DNA of 64,000 bases from an uncultured Dehalococcoidia bacterium (GCA_964418665.1 CAYQLZ010000010.1:14723-78722), one strand, 5' to 3'. Counted from the stretch's first letter, positions 54,906-64,000 are shown. A program made the numbers and translations. The notes: generated by a model from the letters alone, not told the origin.

Positions 54906-55607
54906 TCAACTCGCGTATAAGATGCTGCCACAGCTGCCGCACTGGACCGCCTCGGACCCCGTCCGGGCACGCTGGATCGAATGGGTTGGGAGCGTCACTC
55001 CGCAGGCCCGGCACAACCCCCGCTCAATTGTCGACACAGCTTTGCCCGCGCGAGACACTCTCACCCGCTCGTACGTCTGCAAAGTCCGTGCGTCCAGCCC
55101 CGTGGTCGCCTGCCTGCGCTGCTTCTCCAAGCCTTCGATTCGGACAGAAAGCTCCTCCCATTCCACCTCCATTGACTGCTGGTTCTCCGACCACCTCTTC
55201 TCTTCCGTGACCAGCGCCGCCTCCCCTTCCGACACCCTCTGCTCCATCTCCTCCAGGCTGACCAGATTCTCCAGCGCCTGCTCGTCCACCTCGTTCAGGT
55301 TTTTCTTCACATTCTGGAGTTCCTTACCCAGGTCTTGCAGCTCCCTGGGGCTGGCCACCGCACCGCTGTAGAGTTTGGTTTCTATGCTCTCCAGACGGTC
55401 CTTTGTGGACTTGGAGGTCAGGTCCAGACTGCGTTGCTTCCTATCCAGGTCTCTCATCCGGTCGCGAAGCCCCTCCAGATACCCCTCCCAGCTCTCCAGT
55501 TCGCTCCTGTCGCCCAGGGTCTTTTCGATAAACGCTACCCGATCTCTGGTCTCGCCCAGCATCTGGTCCAGATTCTGCAGGTCGTACAATATCCTGGATA
55601 CGGCCAT
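54906..55607 (-). CDS. C4-type zinc-ribbon coiled-coil protein (COG1579/DUF164-like)
   Basis: Coiled-coil body and C-terminal CRACGVTLP...VQCGSCGSILY zinc ribbon. ATG 55607 has GGGAGAG upstream. Confidence 0.8.
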   Translation of the reverse strand: MAVSRILYDLQNLDQMLGETRDRVAFIEKTLGDRSELESWEGYLEGLRDRMRDLDRKQRSLDLTSKSTKDRLESIETKLYSGAVASPRELQDLGKELQNVKKNLNEVDEQALENLVSLEEMEQRVSEGEAALVTEEKRWSENQQSMEVEWEELSVRIEGLEKQRRQATTGLDARTLQTYERVRVSRAGKAVSTIERGLCRACGVTLPTHSIQRARTGSEAVQCGSCGSILYAS

Positions 55608-55733
55608 AGCTCTCCCATGCCCAAGTGTAATCGGATTGTAGATACCCCCCAAATGCGTGTCAACATAGCCATCTTGCAAGCATGAACCGAGCTAAGGTGT
55701 TACAATTTCAAGGTATCGCCAAGAGGAATTCCG

Positions 55734-57929
55734 TTGCTGCGAATATACAACACCCTCAACAAACGGGTCGAAACCCTCTCCACCGTTGACCCCGGTGTAG
55801 CTCGTATATACACCTGCGGCCCCACTGTCTATCGCTACGCCCACGTGGGCAATCTTCGTTCCTATCTGATGGCAGACTGGATCAGGCGCGCCCTTGCGGA
55901 ACGGGACATTAAGGTCGTCCACATCAAGAACATCACCGACGTCGGCCACATGCGACAGGAACAGTTGGAGAGAGGAGGCGACAAGGTCATACTCGCCGCC
56001 CTCGCCGAGGGCAAGACTCCTAGAGAGATTGCTGACTTCTACACCGAGGCCTTTCATTCCGACGAAGCGAAGGTGAACATCCTCCCCGCCGACGAGTTTC
56101 CTCGCGCCACGGACCACATACCCGAAATGCTGGACGTTATCCGCCGCCTCATGGAGAATGGCTACGCCTACGAAGCCGAGGGCAACGTATACTTTGACGT
56201 GGCCAGATACGGACCCTACGGCCAGCTTTCAGGCAACCTGGGGCAGGATCTCATGGAAGGCGTCCGCGTGGAGGCGGACCCCCTCAAACGCGATCCGCGC
56301 GACTTCACCCTTTGGAAGTCAGCCGAGCCGGGGCGGGACGTGAAGTGGGACTCCCCCTGGGGCGAGGGATTCCCCGGCTGGCATATCGAATGCTCCGCCA
56401 TGTCCACCCGCTACCTGGGACGGGAGCAGGACCTGCACACCGGGGGCGTGGACAATATATTCCCCCATCACGAGGGAGAGATCGCCCAGAGTGAGGCCGC
56501 CTTCGGCAGCCGCTATGTCCGACACTGGGTCCACGGCCAGCACCTGCTGGCCGACGGGGTCAAGATGTCCAAGTCCGCCGGAAACGAATTCATCCTCGCG
56601 GACCTGGAGCAGCGGGGCTTCGAACCCCTAGCGTTCCGCTATCTCTGCCTCACCGTCAAGTACCGCCGCCGGCTGAACTTTACCTTCTCGGCCCTCAAGG
56701 CCGCCCAACGGGGGCTCACCCGCCTCCGGGACAGGGTATGGGCTTGGCAGCGATCAGCCGGCCGCTCCAACGGCGCGGACGGCTCCGAAGGCAATCGCTG
56801 GCTCGCCGACTTCCAGGCAGCCGTCGAGGACGACCTGAACATGCCCCGCGCGCTCTCCGTTGCCTGGGGCTTGGCCCAGTCGGACCTGCCCGAGGGGAGC
56901 AAGCTGGAACTGCTGCTGGAGATGGACCGAATCCTCGGCCTAGATCTGGCCCGCGTACCCAACTCCTATCCCCTGTCCCAGGAGACACTAAACACCCTGA
57001 TGGATCGGGAGAGCTACCGTGCCCGATCCAGCTATGATCGCTCGGACAGCATCCGCGAGCACTTGGGCCGCCAGGGCATCCATGTACGGGACACCCGCAG
57101 TGGCCCCATCGCCCGCCCCAAGACTTCCTTCGAACTGGTGGCGGAACGCTGGCCGTCGGTCTCATCCCCCCGGGAAGCACCATCATATCTGGATTCCCCT
57201 TCAACCAGGGATTTCTCCGTGGTAATCACCGCCAACGACTACCTGGAAGACGTGAAACGCTGTGTCAACAGCGTCCTGCGGTGGAGTTCGGACGCCGACG
57301 CAGAGATAGTTGTCGTGGACAATGGGTCCACCGATGGCGCGGCAGAGTGGCTGGAGGAGATGCAAGACAGCCACGAAAACGTCACCGTCCTGCACTGCGA
57401 CCACCAGTTGGGAGAGGCGCAGGCCAAGAACATCGGCCTTTCTCTCAGCCTGGGCCGCATCATCGTAATGATGGACACCTCCGTGGAAGCTGTGGGCGAC
57501 TTTCTACCCGGAATTGGGGAGAGTCTGTCCGACGAAAGAGTGGGCGTAACCGGGCCATGGGGAATTATTTCCGAAAATCTCCACCACTTTCACGAAGAAG
57601 TGACCGAAGGCGATGCCGACGCCATGCAGGGCTACTGCTTCGCCTTCCGAAGGGAACTGCTGCGAGAAGTAGGCCTCCTTCGGGAGTGTTTCCGATTTTA
57701 CCGGAACCTGGACCTGGACTTCAGCTTCCAGTTTCTCAACCTGGGATACCGCATTCTGGCCTCCGGAGACCTGCCCCTCATTCGCCATGAGCACCGGCAG
57801 TGGGCCAGCCTGGGCGAAGAAGAGCGGGATCAACTCAGCCGCAGGAACTTCCGACACTTCTTGAAGCGGTGGGGCAACCGAAAAGACTTATTGGTTTCCA
57901 ACGCCGGCGATCAAGCCGAGGCAAACTGA
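55734..57929 (+). CDS. cysS: cysteine--tRNA ligase fused to a C-terminal GT2 glycosyltransferase domain
   Basis: TTG start with AAGAGGA 6 nt upstream. CysRS elements: CGPTVYRYAHVGNLRSY (HIGH), KMSKSAGN, DDLNMPRAL, and C-terminal SDSIREHLGRQGIHVRD. From about residue 500 the sequence is GT2-like: FSVVITANDY...EIVVVDNGSTDG...AKNIGLSLSLGRIIVMMDTS...NLDLDFSFQFLNLGYRI. Confidence 0.85.
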   Translation: MLRIYNTLNKRVETLSTVDPGVARIYTCGPTVYRYAHVGNLRSYLMADWIRRALAERDIKVVHIKNITDVGHMRQEQLERGGDKVILAALAEGKTPREIADFYTEAFHSDEAKVNILPADEFPRATDHIPEMLDVIRRLMENGYAYEAEGNVYFDVARYGPYGQLSGNLGQDLMEGVRVEADPLKRDPRDFTLWKSAEPGRDVKWDSPWGEGFPGWHIECSAMSTRYLGREQDLHTGGVDNIFPHHEGEIAQSEAAFGSRYVRHWVHGQHLLADGVKMSKSAGNEFILADLEQRGFEPLAFRYLCLTVKYRRRLNFTFSALKAAQRGLTRLRDRVWAWQRSAGRSNGADGSEGNRWLADFQAAVEDDLNMPRALSVAWGLAQSDLPEGSKLELLLEMDRILGLDLARVPNSYPLSQETLNTLMDRESYRARSSYDRSDSIREHLGRQGIHVRDTRSGPIARPKTSFELVAERWPSVSSPREAPSYLDSPSTRDFSVVITANDYLEDVKRCVNSVLRWSSDADAEIVVVDNGSTDGAAEWLEEMQDSHENVTVLHCDHQLGEAQAKNIGLSLSLGRIIVMMDTSVEAVGDFLPGIGESLSDERVGVTGPWGIISENLHHFHEEVTEGDADAMQGYCFAFRRELLREVGLLRECFRFYRNLDLDFSFQFLNLGYRILASGDLPLIRHEHRQWASLGEEERDQLSRRNFRHFLKRWGNRKDLLVSNAGDQAEAN

Positions 57930-57937
57930 GGTGAAGA

Positions 57938-58201
57938 ATGGCTCAGGAGGGTAAAAAGAAGAAAGACTGGAGCAAGGAGGAGGTGCGCGCCCTGCGCGAG
58001 CACCTCTGCCTTACCCAGGTCCAGCTGGCCAAGGAGCTTGGCACCCGCCAGCAAACAATCAGCGAGTGGGAACGGGGCCTGTACAAACCTAGAGGCGTGT
58101 CAAATACGGTACTGCATATCGTCGCCGAACGAACCGGCTTCAAGTACGACGTCTCTCCCGAGACTTCCTCGAAGGATGAAGAGGACTCCGAATCCAATTA
58201 A
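57938..58201 (+). CDS. XRE-family helix-turn-helix protein
   Basis: LCLTQVQLAKELGTRQQTISEWERG is an HTH_3 signature. 87 aa with an acidic tail. GAGGTGA RBS; 8 nt after the cysS stop. Confidence 0.75.
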   Translation: MAQEGKKKKDWSKEEVRALREHLCLTQVQLAKELGTRQQTISEWERGLYKPRGVSNTVLHIVAERTGFKYDVSPETSSKDEEDSESN

Positions 58202-58316
58202 GCATCGGACGCCGCCACACCCGGAGTCCTGACAGCACGAACCAATCTCCCAATTTCCTCCGCTTGTGGCACCCTCTTTCCTGGCCTTGTTACGCTAAAC
58301 CGTGTAACATGGGTCA

Positions 58317-59582
58317 ATGCCTTCCACACGAAACCTCTTAACGAGCCAGAGGAGAAGGGATCTGAAGCGCCAGATACCTGAAGCGCTCCTGGCCAAGCTG
58401 TGGCGTGAGCGGGCAACCCGCCAGCAAGACCTTAGGACCACGGAAGGACGCCGCGTAAGGGTGCTCTATCCCGGGCGAAGGGGGACCGAGGCCGGTCCGG
58501 ACTTCCGGGACGCGCTTATCTACTCCGAGACTACCGGTCTGGTGCGAGGTGATGTGGAGCTGCATCTGCATCCAAAGGACTGGGACCGCCATGGCCACGC
58601 CACCGACCACCGCTACAACGGAGTCGTCCTCCACGGTGTACTGGCACCTCCCAAATCCCACCAACCGCTTCCCGGCGGCGGTTCGGCCCCGGCAGTGGAA
58701 CTCAGTTCCCTCATGGAACCCGCCTCCTCCCCCGGCTCTCAGTCCGCAAACCACCACACCGTCCTATGGCCCCTGTTCAAGTCTCACGGATACCTCAAGC
58801 CAGTAGACAGGAAGGAGGCTCTTTCTCTCCTCGAACAGGCAGGAAGGGCACGGTTTCTTCAAAAGTCCGACTACCTCGCAACACTAATTGAGGAGTTTGG
58901 ACCTGAAGAGGCCCTGTATCAATCTCTCATGGAGTCCCTGGGCTACAGCGAAAACCGGAGCGGTTTCCTCGAACTGTCCCAGCATCTGCCCTACCATACC
59001 CTGCTGGAGGCCGCCTCCACAGTTCCTCAATCCAGGCGCGCAAACCGCATCGAAGAGCTGCTACTCCAAGCCGCAGGTTTCGGTAATGCGGACGAGGAAC
59101 CTCTCATGGCGGGTCCCGTTATGGACCGGAGCCGGTGGCGTCTATTCCGCATCCGTCCCGCGAACCATCCCCGCCGTCGCATGGCTGGCGCGGCCGAACT
59201 ACTTCACCGGACGGCTTCGCTGGGGCTTTTGGCGTCTACAGTCCGAGGGGTCGGCGCCGGCTCTCTCAAGGCAATTCTGCTGGACCTAACCGTGCCCTCC
59301 CCCTCCGGCGGTCCCGCCCTCATAGGCCGGGCCCGCGCACTGGACATCGTCGTCAACATCCTCTTGCCCTTTGTTCACGCCCACGCCGGTCGCGAGCGGG
59401 ATGCAGCCCTGTCAAGGGAGTCTCTGAATCTCTTCATGACAGCTCCCAAGCTGCAACCGAACAGAATAACCAGGGAAATGGAGGAGGTCCTCTTCCCCAA
59501 GCCCTGGCGTCCCCTGGGAAACGCCGCCGTTCGCCAGCAGGGACTCATCCACCTTCACCGCCTGATGCGGGGAGAGGGTTAG
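58317..59582 (+). CDS. DUF2851 family protein
   Basis: LWRER....L.T..GRRVRVLYPGRRGTEAGPDFRDALI......GDVELHLHPKDWDRHGH....YNGVVLHGVL matches the DUF2851 N-terminal signature (from memory). Confidence 0.7.
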   Translation: MPSTRNLLTSQRRRDLKRQIPEALLAKLWRERATRQQDLRTTEGRRVRVLYPGRRGTEAGPDFRDALIYSETTGLVRGDVELHLHPKDWDRHGHATDHRYNGVVLHGVLAPPKSHQPLPGGGSAPAVELSSLMEPASSPGSQSANHHTVLWPLFKSHGYLKPVDRKEALSLLEQAGRARFLQKSDYLATLIEEFGPEEALYQSLMESLGYSENRSGFLELSQHLPYHTLLEAASTVPQSRRANRIEELLLQAAGFGNADEEPLMAGPVMDRSRWRLFRIRPANHPRRRMAGAAELLHRTASLGLLASTVRGVGAGSLKAILLDLTVPSPSGGPALIGRARALDIVVNILLPFVHAHAGRERDAALSRESLNLFMTAPKLQPNRITREMEEVLFPKPWRPLGNAAVRQQGLIHLHRLMRGEG

Positions 59583-59606
59583 CCCCTTTGTGATACCATA
59601 GACACC

Positions 59607-60569
59607 ATGGACCAAGGGCTCACCAACAAGGCACAAAACACCCTGTCCGGAGACGGGAGAATCAGAGACGTACACCTATTGCAGGACGAGCGGGTGGTCG
59701 CCCTGCTAGACGGCACATCCGGCCTCGCCGAAGTTCCCACCCGCAGCGGAGCCCTGCTCGCGCTGACGGACCGGCGCGTATTATCGTTCATCGACGCCGA
59801 AGAGAGGCATGAGACCCACGTAGCATCTATCGACAAGGTCCAGGGAGTCTCCATCCGCGCCCATCGAAGGCCCCAGAAACCCCTGGTCCAAGGCGTAGTC
59901 CTCATACTAGCCGGCATCCTGGTGTACCTGCTGGTTGGCACATTCAGCACCGGCATACCCGTCAACGCCGGCATCACCATAGGAGCCATCCTCGGCGGCG
60001 CCGTCGCCCTCTTGGGAGTCCTCTTCATCATAAAATATCTCTTCTGGGAACAGGGGGGAGAACTCGTATTTCAAACCGGGGGTCTTGAGCTCAATTTTCT
60101 CTACAACTCGGGAAAGGCTACTATCGATGTTCAGCAGCTATTGCACCGCTTTTTCCAGATCCAGTCCGGCACGGAGGTGCGGCCCCTCTACTCCAGCACC
60201 ATCGCCATAGGCTGGTCGCCCCTATTCAGGACCGAGGCGGAGGACATTCCGGCTTCCCAGGAGCCGATTCAAGCCGCTGCTACAACTATACAGTCGCCGA
60301 CCACTGGCACAGTAGCACGCGGGCGGAAACGTCACCTCCGACCCATAATGCGCGGTGCCTTTGCCTCGCGCCGCAGCCGCCATTCCCGAATCCAGCGCCT
60401 GGCTCAGATACGTAACGGGCGCAACGGCAAGGTGCGAAACTACCGGAAGAAGCTGCGACATCCGAAGCCATTACAACTCCGCAATCTGTCGGCAAACGTT
60501 CGGAACGGGGCCCGTCGAGATGGCTCTCGGTCATCCCGCAGGCGGCTGGTAAGGACGAAGGCAAGCTAA
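59607..60569 (+). CDS. membrane protein with N-terminal PH/GRAM-like domain and Arg-rich tail
   Basis: The N-terminal ~90 aa are soluble, followed by two hydrophobic helices (GVVLILAGILVYLLVG, GAILGGAVALLGVLFII). The C-terminal ~90 aa are very basic. No family recognised. Confidence 0.5.
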   Translation: MDQGLTNKAQNTLSGDGRIRDVHLLQDERVVALLDGTSGLAEVPTRSGALLALTDRRVLSFIDAEERHETHVASIDKVQGVSIRAHRRPQKPLVQGVVLILAGILVYLLVGTFSTGIPVNAGITIGAILGGAVALLGVLFIIKYLFWEQGGELVFQTGGLELNFLYNSGKATIDVQQLLHRFFQIQSGTEVRPLYSSTIAIGWSPLFRTEAEDIPASQEPIQAAATTIQSPTTGTVARGRKRHLRPIMRGAFASRRSRHSRIQRLAQIRNGRNGKVRNYRKKLRHPKPLQLRNLSANVRNGARRDGSRSSRRRLVRTKAS

Positions 60570-60579
60570 GCCGACGCGC

Positions 60580-61605
60580 TTACCCCAACCCCAGCGACGG
60601 GTCCACTTCCATGGCGAAATCCCCCCCTGCGCCCCGGCTCAACTGGTAGTAGGCGCAGGCAGCCACCATCGCCCCGTTGTCGGTGCACAGAATGGGTGCG
60701 GGAATCAGCACCGGCAGTTCCGCTCTGGCACGAATCTTCTCTCGCAGCAACCGGTTCGCCGTAACCCCACCTCCCAGGATGACCCCCCTGGCGCCGTAGT
60801 CCAATGCCGCCTTCAACGTCTTCGTAATCAACACGTCAACAACCGATTCCTGAAAGGCAGCCGCCAACTCCCTGATCATCTCCTCCGCCTCGTCCTCCTC
60901 CAAGTCGCCGGGCGGATAGATCCTCTCCGCCTGGGCCCTGTGGAGAAGCGCCGTCTTCAAGCCGCTGAAGCTGAAGTCCAACGTGCCCCGTAGCCACGCT
61001 CTGGGCAGCTTTTCGATGCCTGCCGCGTTTTCCGAAATCCGTTGTATCTCCGGCCCTCCCGGGAATCCCAGACCCAGTACCCGGGCCGCCTTGTCGAAGG
61101 CTTCCCCAGCAGCGTCGTCCCTTGTCCGGCCCAGCAGCCGGTATTCTCCGTGACCCGACATCAGCACCAGGTCCGTGTGGCCGCCGGAGGCTATCAGGCA
61201 AAGCAAGGGAAAGCCCAACTTCTCGTGCGGAGGCTCCTCCTCCAACCAGGCGGCGTATACGTGCCCCTCCAGGTGGTTGACCCCAACCAGAGGAAGGTCA
61301 AGAGTCAGGGCCAAAGCTTTCGCTGCATTCACTCCCACCACCAGCGCCCCTGCCAGGCCCGGGCCGTGAGTCACAGACACCGCTTCTACATCATCCCAGC
61401 TTACGTCCGCCTCCTCCATAGCCTGGTCCACGATGGTCCCGATGGTCACCACGTGATGACGAGACGCCAACTCCGGCACCACTCCGCCATAGGGTCTATG
61501 GATTGCAACCTGGGACGATATGACGTTGGAAAGCAGCTTCCGGCCATCCTCAACCACTGCCACCGCAGTTTCGTCACAGGAGGTTTCTATTCCCAGAATC
61601 TTCAC
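60580..61605 (-). CDS. tsaD: tRNA N6-adenosine threonylcarbamoyltransferase TsaD
   Basis: KILGIETSCDETAVAVV, HLEGHV and GGVTAN motifs. GTG 61605 is chosen as start; the track TTG 61683 adds 26 non-conserved residues. Confidence 0.9.
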   Translation of the reverse strand: MKILGIETSCDETAVAVVEDGRKLLSNVISSQVAIHRPYGGVVPELASRHHVVTIGTIVDQAMEEADVSWDDVEAVSVTHGPGLAGALVVGVNAAKALALTLDLPLVGVNHLEGHVYAAWLEEEPPHEKLGFPLLCLIASGGHTDLVLMSGHGEYRLLGRTRDDAAGEAFDKAARVLGLGFPGGPEIQRISENAAGIEKLPRAWLRGTLDFSFSGLKTALLHRAQAERIYPPGDLEEDEAEEMIRELAAAFQESVVDVLITKTLKAALDYGARGVILGGGVTANRLLREKIRARAELPVLIPAPILCTDNGAMVAACAYYQLSRGAGGDFAMEVDPSLGLG

Positions 61606-61751
61606 TCCAACAGTATAGCGTCCCAAGCAGGCTGCAGAAAAGCCATCTTCAAGAGTCCGCGGCCAACCGCCTTTACAGCCCAATTTCTACTCTGCTATCA
61701 TCACAGCACAGTGGAACGCACGACTGAACCCTCCCTTTTGGCGTGACATAG

Positions 61752-63038
61752 ATGCTCGAGGGTGACGATTATCTAAAGCTCGGCCTTCTGGTCCTCTTCC
61801 TGGGCATTTCCGCCTTCTTCTCAGGATCGGAGACAGCCTTCCTTGCTCTCCAGCGGGTCCGCTTGATGCACCTCGTCCGCTCGGGTGTACCCAGGGCCCA
61901 ACGGGTATTCCGACTGGCGGAAAACCCGGAGCGGTTTCTCTCCACCGTCCTTCTCGGGAACAATCTGGTCAATACTGCAGCCGCCGCCATCGGTACCGCC
62001 ATCGTCATCTCCCTCCTCGGCAACGTGGGATCTTCCATCATCATCGCCACCGGCGGCGTTACTATACTACTCCTCATCTTCGGGGAGATTCTTCCCAAGA
62101 CCTTTGCAGCGCGCCACGCCGAGGGCTTTGCCCTTACCGTGGTGCGTCCCTTGCAGTTCGTCGAATGGGCCCTCTGGCCCCTCGTTCAGGCGCTTCGACT
62201 CCTCACCACCCTGGTCAGCAAGCTCACCGGGGCCACAAACAACCCCTCGCTCGTGACGGAGCAGGAGATACGCAGCCTCATCTCCATCGGCAAGGAGGCC
62301 GGTGCCGTAGAGTCCTCCGAGGCCGAGATGCTGGAAAAGGTATTCCACTTCGGTGACAACCCTGTGTCGGAGATCATGACTCCCAGGCCGGAGATAGTGT
62401 CCATCGAGCAGCAGACCACCCTGCGCCAGTTTCTGAACATCTACGCCCGCAACTACCACACCCGCTTCCCGGTATTCTCAGACAGTATTGACAACGTGGT
62501 CGGCATTCTCTCAGTTAAGGACGTGCTCAAGGCCCAGGGCGAAGATGTCCTCCAGATGGGTGACGACGTTACAAACCTGCTGCGACCGGCCCACTTTGTA
62601 CCGGAGACCAAGACCGTGGGCAGCCTCTTTTCGGAACTGCAGGCCCAGGGTCAGTCCATGGCCATGATTGTAGACGAATTCGGGGGGATCGCCGGCCTCG
62701 CCACCCTCAAGCAGCTTCTCTCCGTCATCGTCGGACCTGTGGGCGAAGAGGGGCAGCCCCTTGAGACGCCCTTCTCCTCCGTGGATGAAAACACCTTCAT
62801 CCTGGACGCCGGCATGACCATAACCCAGCTCAACGGCCAGCTTGGCCTCGACCTCCCATTGGGGGAATATCAGACCCTGGCAGGATTCCTGCTGGAACGG
62901 CTGGGCCACGTGCCGGAGACGGGGGAGTATATGAACTACAACTCGCTGCGTTTCACCGTCCAACGCATGGAAGGCGTCAAGATCGAAGAGGTGGAGGTGC
63001 TGCGGCTCGCCCCAGTGCAAGAGCGAGATCACAGGTGA
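61752..63038 (+). CDS. hemolysin-family/CNNM protein (DUF21 + CBS pair + CorC_HlyC)
   Basis: FFSGSETAFLAL DUF21 start, two CBS repeats, and a C-terminal transporter-associated domain (GFLLERLGHVPETGE). Confidence 0.85.
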   Translation: MLEGDDYLKLGLLVLFLGISAFFSGSETAFLALQRVRLMHLVRSGVPRAQRVFRLAENPERFLSTVLLGNNLVNTAAAAIGTAIVISLLGNVGSSIIIATGGVTILLLIFGEILPKTFAARHAEGFALTVVRPLQFVEWALWPLVQALRLLTTLVSKLTGATNNPSLVTEQEIRSLISIGKEAGAVESSEAEMLEKVFHFGDNPVSEIMTPRPEIVSIEQQTTLRQFLNIYARNYHTRFPVFSDSIDNVVGILSVKDVLKAQGEDVLQMGDDVTNLLRPAHFVPETKTVGSLFSELQAQGQSMAMIVDEFGGIAGLATLKQLLSVIVGPVGEEGQPLETPFSSVDENTFILDAGMTITQLNGQLGLDLPLGEYQTLAGFLLERLGHVPETGEYMNYNSLRFTVQRMEGVKIEEVEVLRLAPVQERDHR

Positions 63039-63643
63039 AACTGATCCTGGTGCGTCACGGCGAGACCGGATGGAATCGGGAAGGTCGCAATCAGGGACAG
63101 ACCCAAACGGGACTCAACTCCGAGGGCATTCGACAGGCACACAACCTGGGGCAGGCCCTACGTCACTTCCCCCTTTATGCCCTGTATTCCAGTCCTCTTC
63201 CACGCGCAGTTCAGACTGCCGAGACAATTGGAAGCGCCCTATCCCTACCCATCATATCCCTTCCCGGGCTAATGGAGATGGATCTCGGTATGCTGGACGG
63301 TTTGACCAACGAAGAAATGCGGGAACAATTTCCAGAACTCCTGGATCTTTGGCGCAATGATCCTTCCAGCGTACAGATGCCAGACGGGGAGTCCCTTCAG
63401 CAGGTCCTTATTCGTGCCCGGCGGACCGTCGAAAAGATCCGGCAGGAATCCGCGGACAAAAATGCCGCGGCAGTCACCCACAACTTCGTCATCGGAGTAC
63501 TCGTCCTCCACGTCTTGGGGCTGCCCCTTTCAAACTTCCAGAGCCTGCGGATCGAGTTAGGCTCTATAAGCATCATTGAACACCACCGGGGCCGGTGGCG
63601 CCTTCTCTCGCTCAACGAGACCCTACATCAGCGCGGCCCGTAG
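63035..63643 (+). CDS. histidine phosphatase family protein (phosphoglycerate mutase-like)
   Basis: LILVRHGETGWN (RHG motif). The GTG start overlaps the upstream TGA (GTGA). Confidence 0.85.
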   Translation: MKLILVRHGETGWNREGRNQGQTQTGLNSEGIRQAHNLGQALRHFPLYALYSSPLPRAVQTAETIGSALSLPIISLPGLMEMDLGMLDGLTNEEMREQFPELLDLWRNDPSSVQMPDGESLQQVLIRARRTVEKIRQESADKNAAAVTHNFVIGVLVLHVLGLPLSNFQSLRIELGSISIIEHHRGRWRLLSLNETLHQRGP

Positions 63644-63650
63644 CGATGTC

Positions 63651-64000
63651 ATGAAGGCGCGTCGCAAACTGGAAGCGGTCTTAAGCTATGCCGTTCGCGG
63701 TACGGACATCCAACCCGGCTCAACCCTGGTTGTCGCCTGTTCCGGAGGCCCCGATTCCACTGCCCTGCTGCGCGCCCTCCTGGCGATTCAACCAACAACC
63801 CAGATGCGCCTGCACGTCGCCCACCTCAACCACGACTTCCGAGGCCAAGAGGCGGAGGACGACGCTGAATTTGTGTCCGCCATGGCGGAAGACTTGGGTC
63901 TACCCTCCACCGTAGACGAGGCAGATCCCATGGCGTATCAGCGGGAACGGGCCATTTCCTCCTTCGAAGAGGCGGCCCGAGAAGTTCGTTACCGCTTTCT
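63651..64000 (+). CDS. tilS: tRNA lysidine(34) synthetase TilS, 5' part (runs off window)
   Basis: The frame from ATG 63651 reads MKARRKLEAVLSYAV...LVVACSGGPDSTALLRAL...HVAHLNHDFRGQEAEDD (SGGxDS PP-loop). It is not in the ORF track because no stop is reached. Track ORF 63688..63915 is in a different frame. Confidence 0.85.
   Translation, partial: MKARRKLEAVLSYAVRGTDIQPGSTLVVACSGGPDSTALLRALLAIQPTTQMRLHVAHLNHDFRGQEAEDDAEFVSAMAEDLGLPSTVDEADPMAYQRERAISSFEEAAREVRYRF

Noticed and set aside
54160-55371. 403-aa plus-strand ORF
   Set aside because: It runs straight through the RNase P RNA gene and then antisense through the zinc-ribbon gene. The RNA signature sequences explain this region.
1-64000. 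Looked for CRISPR arrays, rRNA, transposases, integrases and prophage genes
   Set aside because: No spaced direct-repeat arrays, no rRNA-like conserved strings and no recognisable transposase, integrase or phage structural motifs appear in any long ORF. The only repeat family is the short hairpin element reported above.

Overview
High-GC bacterial chromosomal segment, almost fully coding, with about 60 real genes. The many long Arg/Pro/His-rich ORFs in the track are antisense shadows of real genes. About 1-53 kb looks accessory/catabolic. It holds two orphan family-5 solute-binding lipoproteins with Ala/Pro/Thr-rich tethers, four amidohydrolase_2 (ACMSD/LigI-type) paralogues and three larger amidohydrolases (one frameshifted). 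It also holds an amidase, an MBL hydrolase, two M20 peptidases, an M19 dipeptidase, an S51 peptidase, an LLM flavin oxidoreductase, TPP enzymes, SDRs and tandem 2-hydroxyacid dehydrogenases. Interspersed are small, visibly AT-richer inserts: a tandem DUF488 cassette, a DUF5678-like/retropepsin pair, a PaREP1-like gene, a phosphatase/ADP-ribosylglycohydrolase pair and a HicB-like/Cys-rich pair. The right end (54-64 kb) is housekeeping: RNase P RNA, cysS, tsaD, tilS. Gene content and tethered lipoproteins suggest a Chloroflexota (SAR202-like) organism; this is inference only. Four observations stand out. (1) A TlpA/redoxin-like gene is interrupted by an in-frame TGA at the active-site Cys position, followed by a SECIS-like hairpin; it is a probable selenoprotein that the ORF track splits. 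(2) A full-length CysRS is fused to a GT2 glycosyltransferase. (3) A four-copy hairpin repeat family sits at gene 3' ends. (4) Two reading-frame problems: a frameshift at a G6 run and a DEAD-box gene with no usable upstream start. No CRISPR, tRNA, rRNA, transposase or integrase was seen. All family calls rest on motif recognition by eye; no searches were run.
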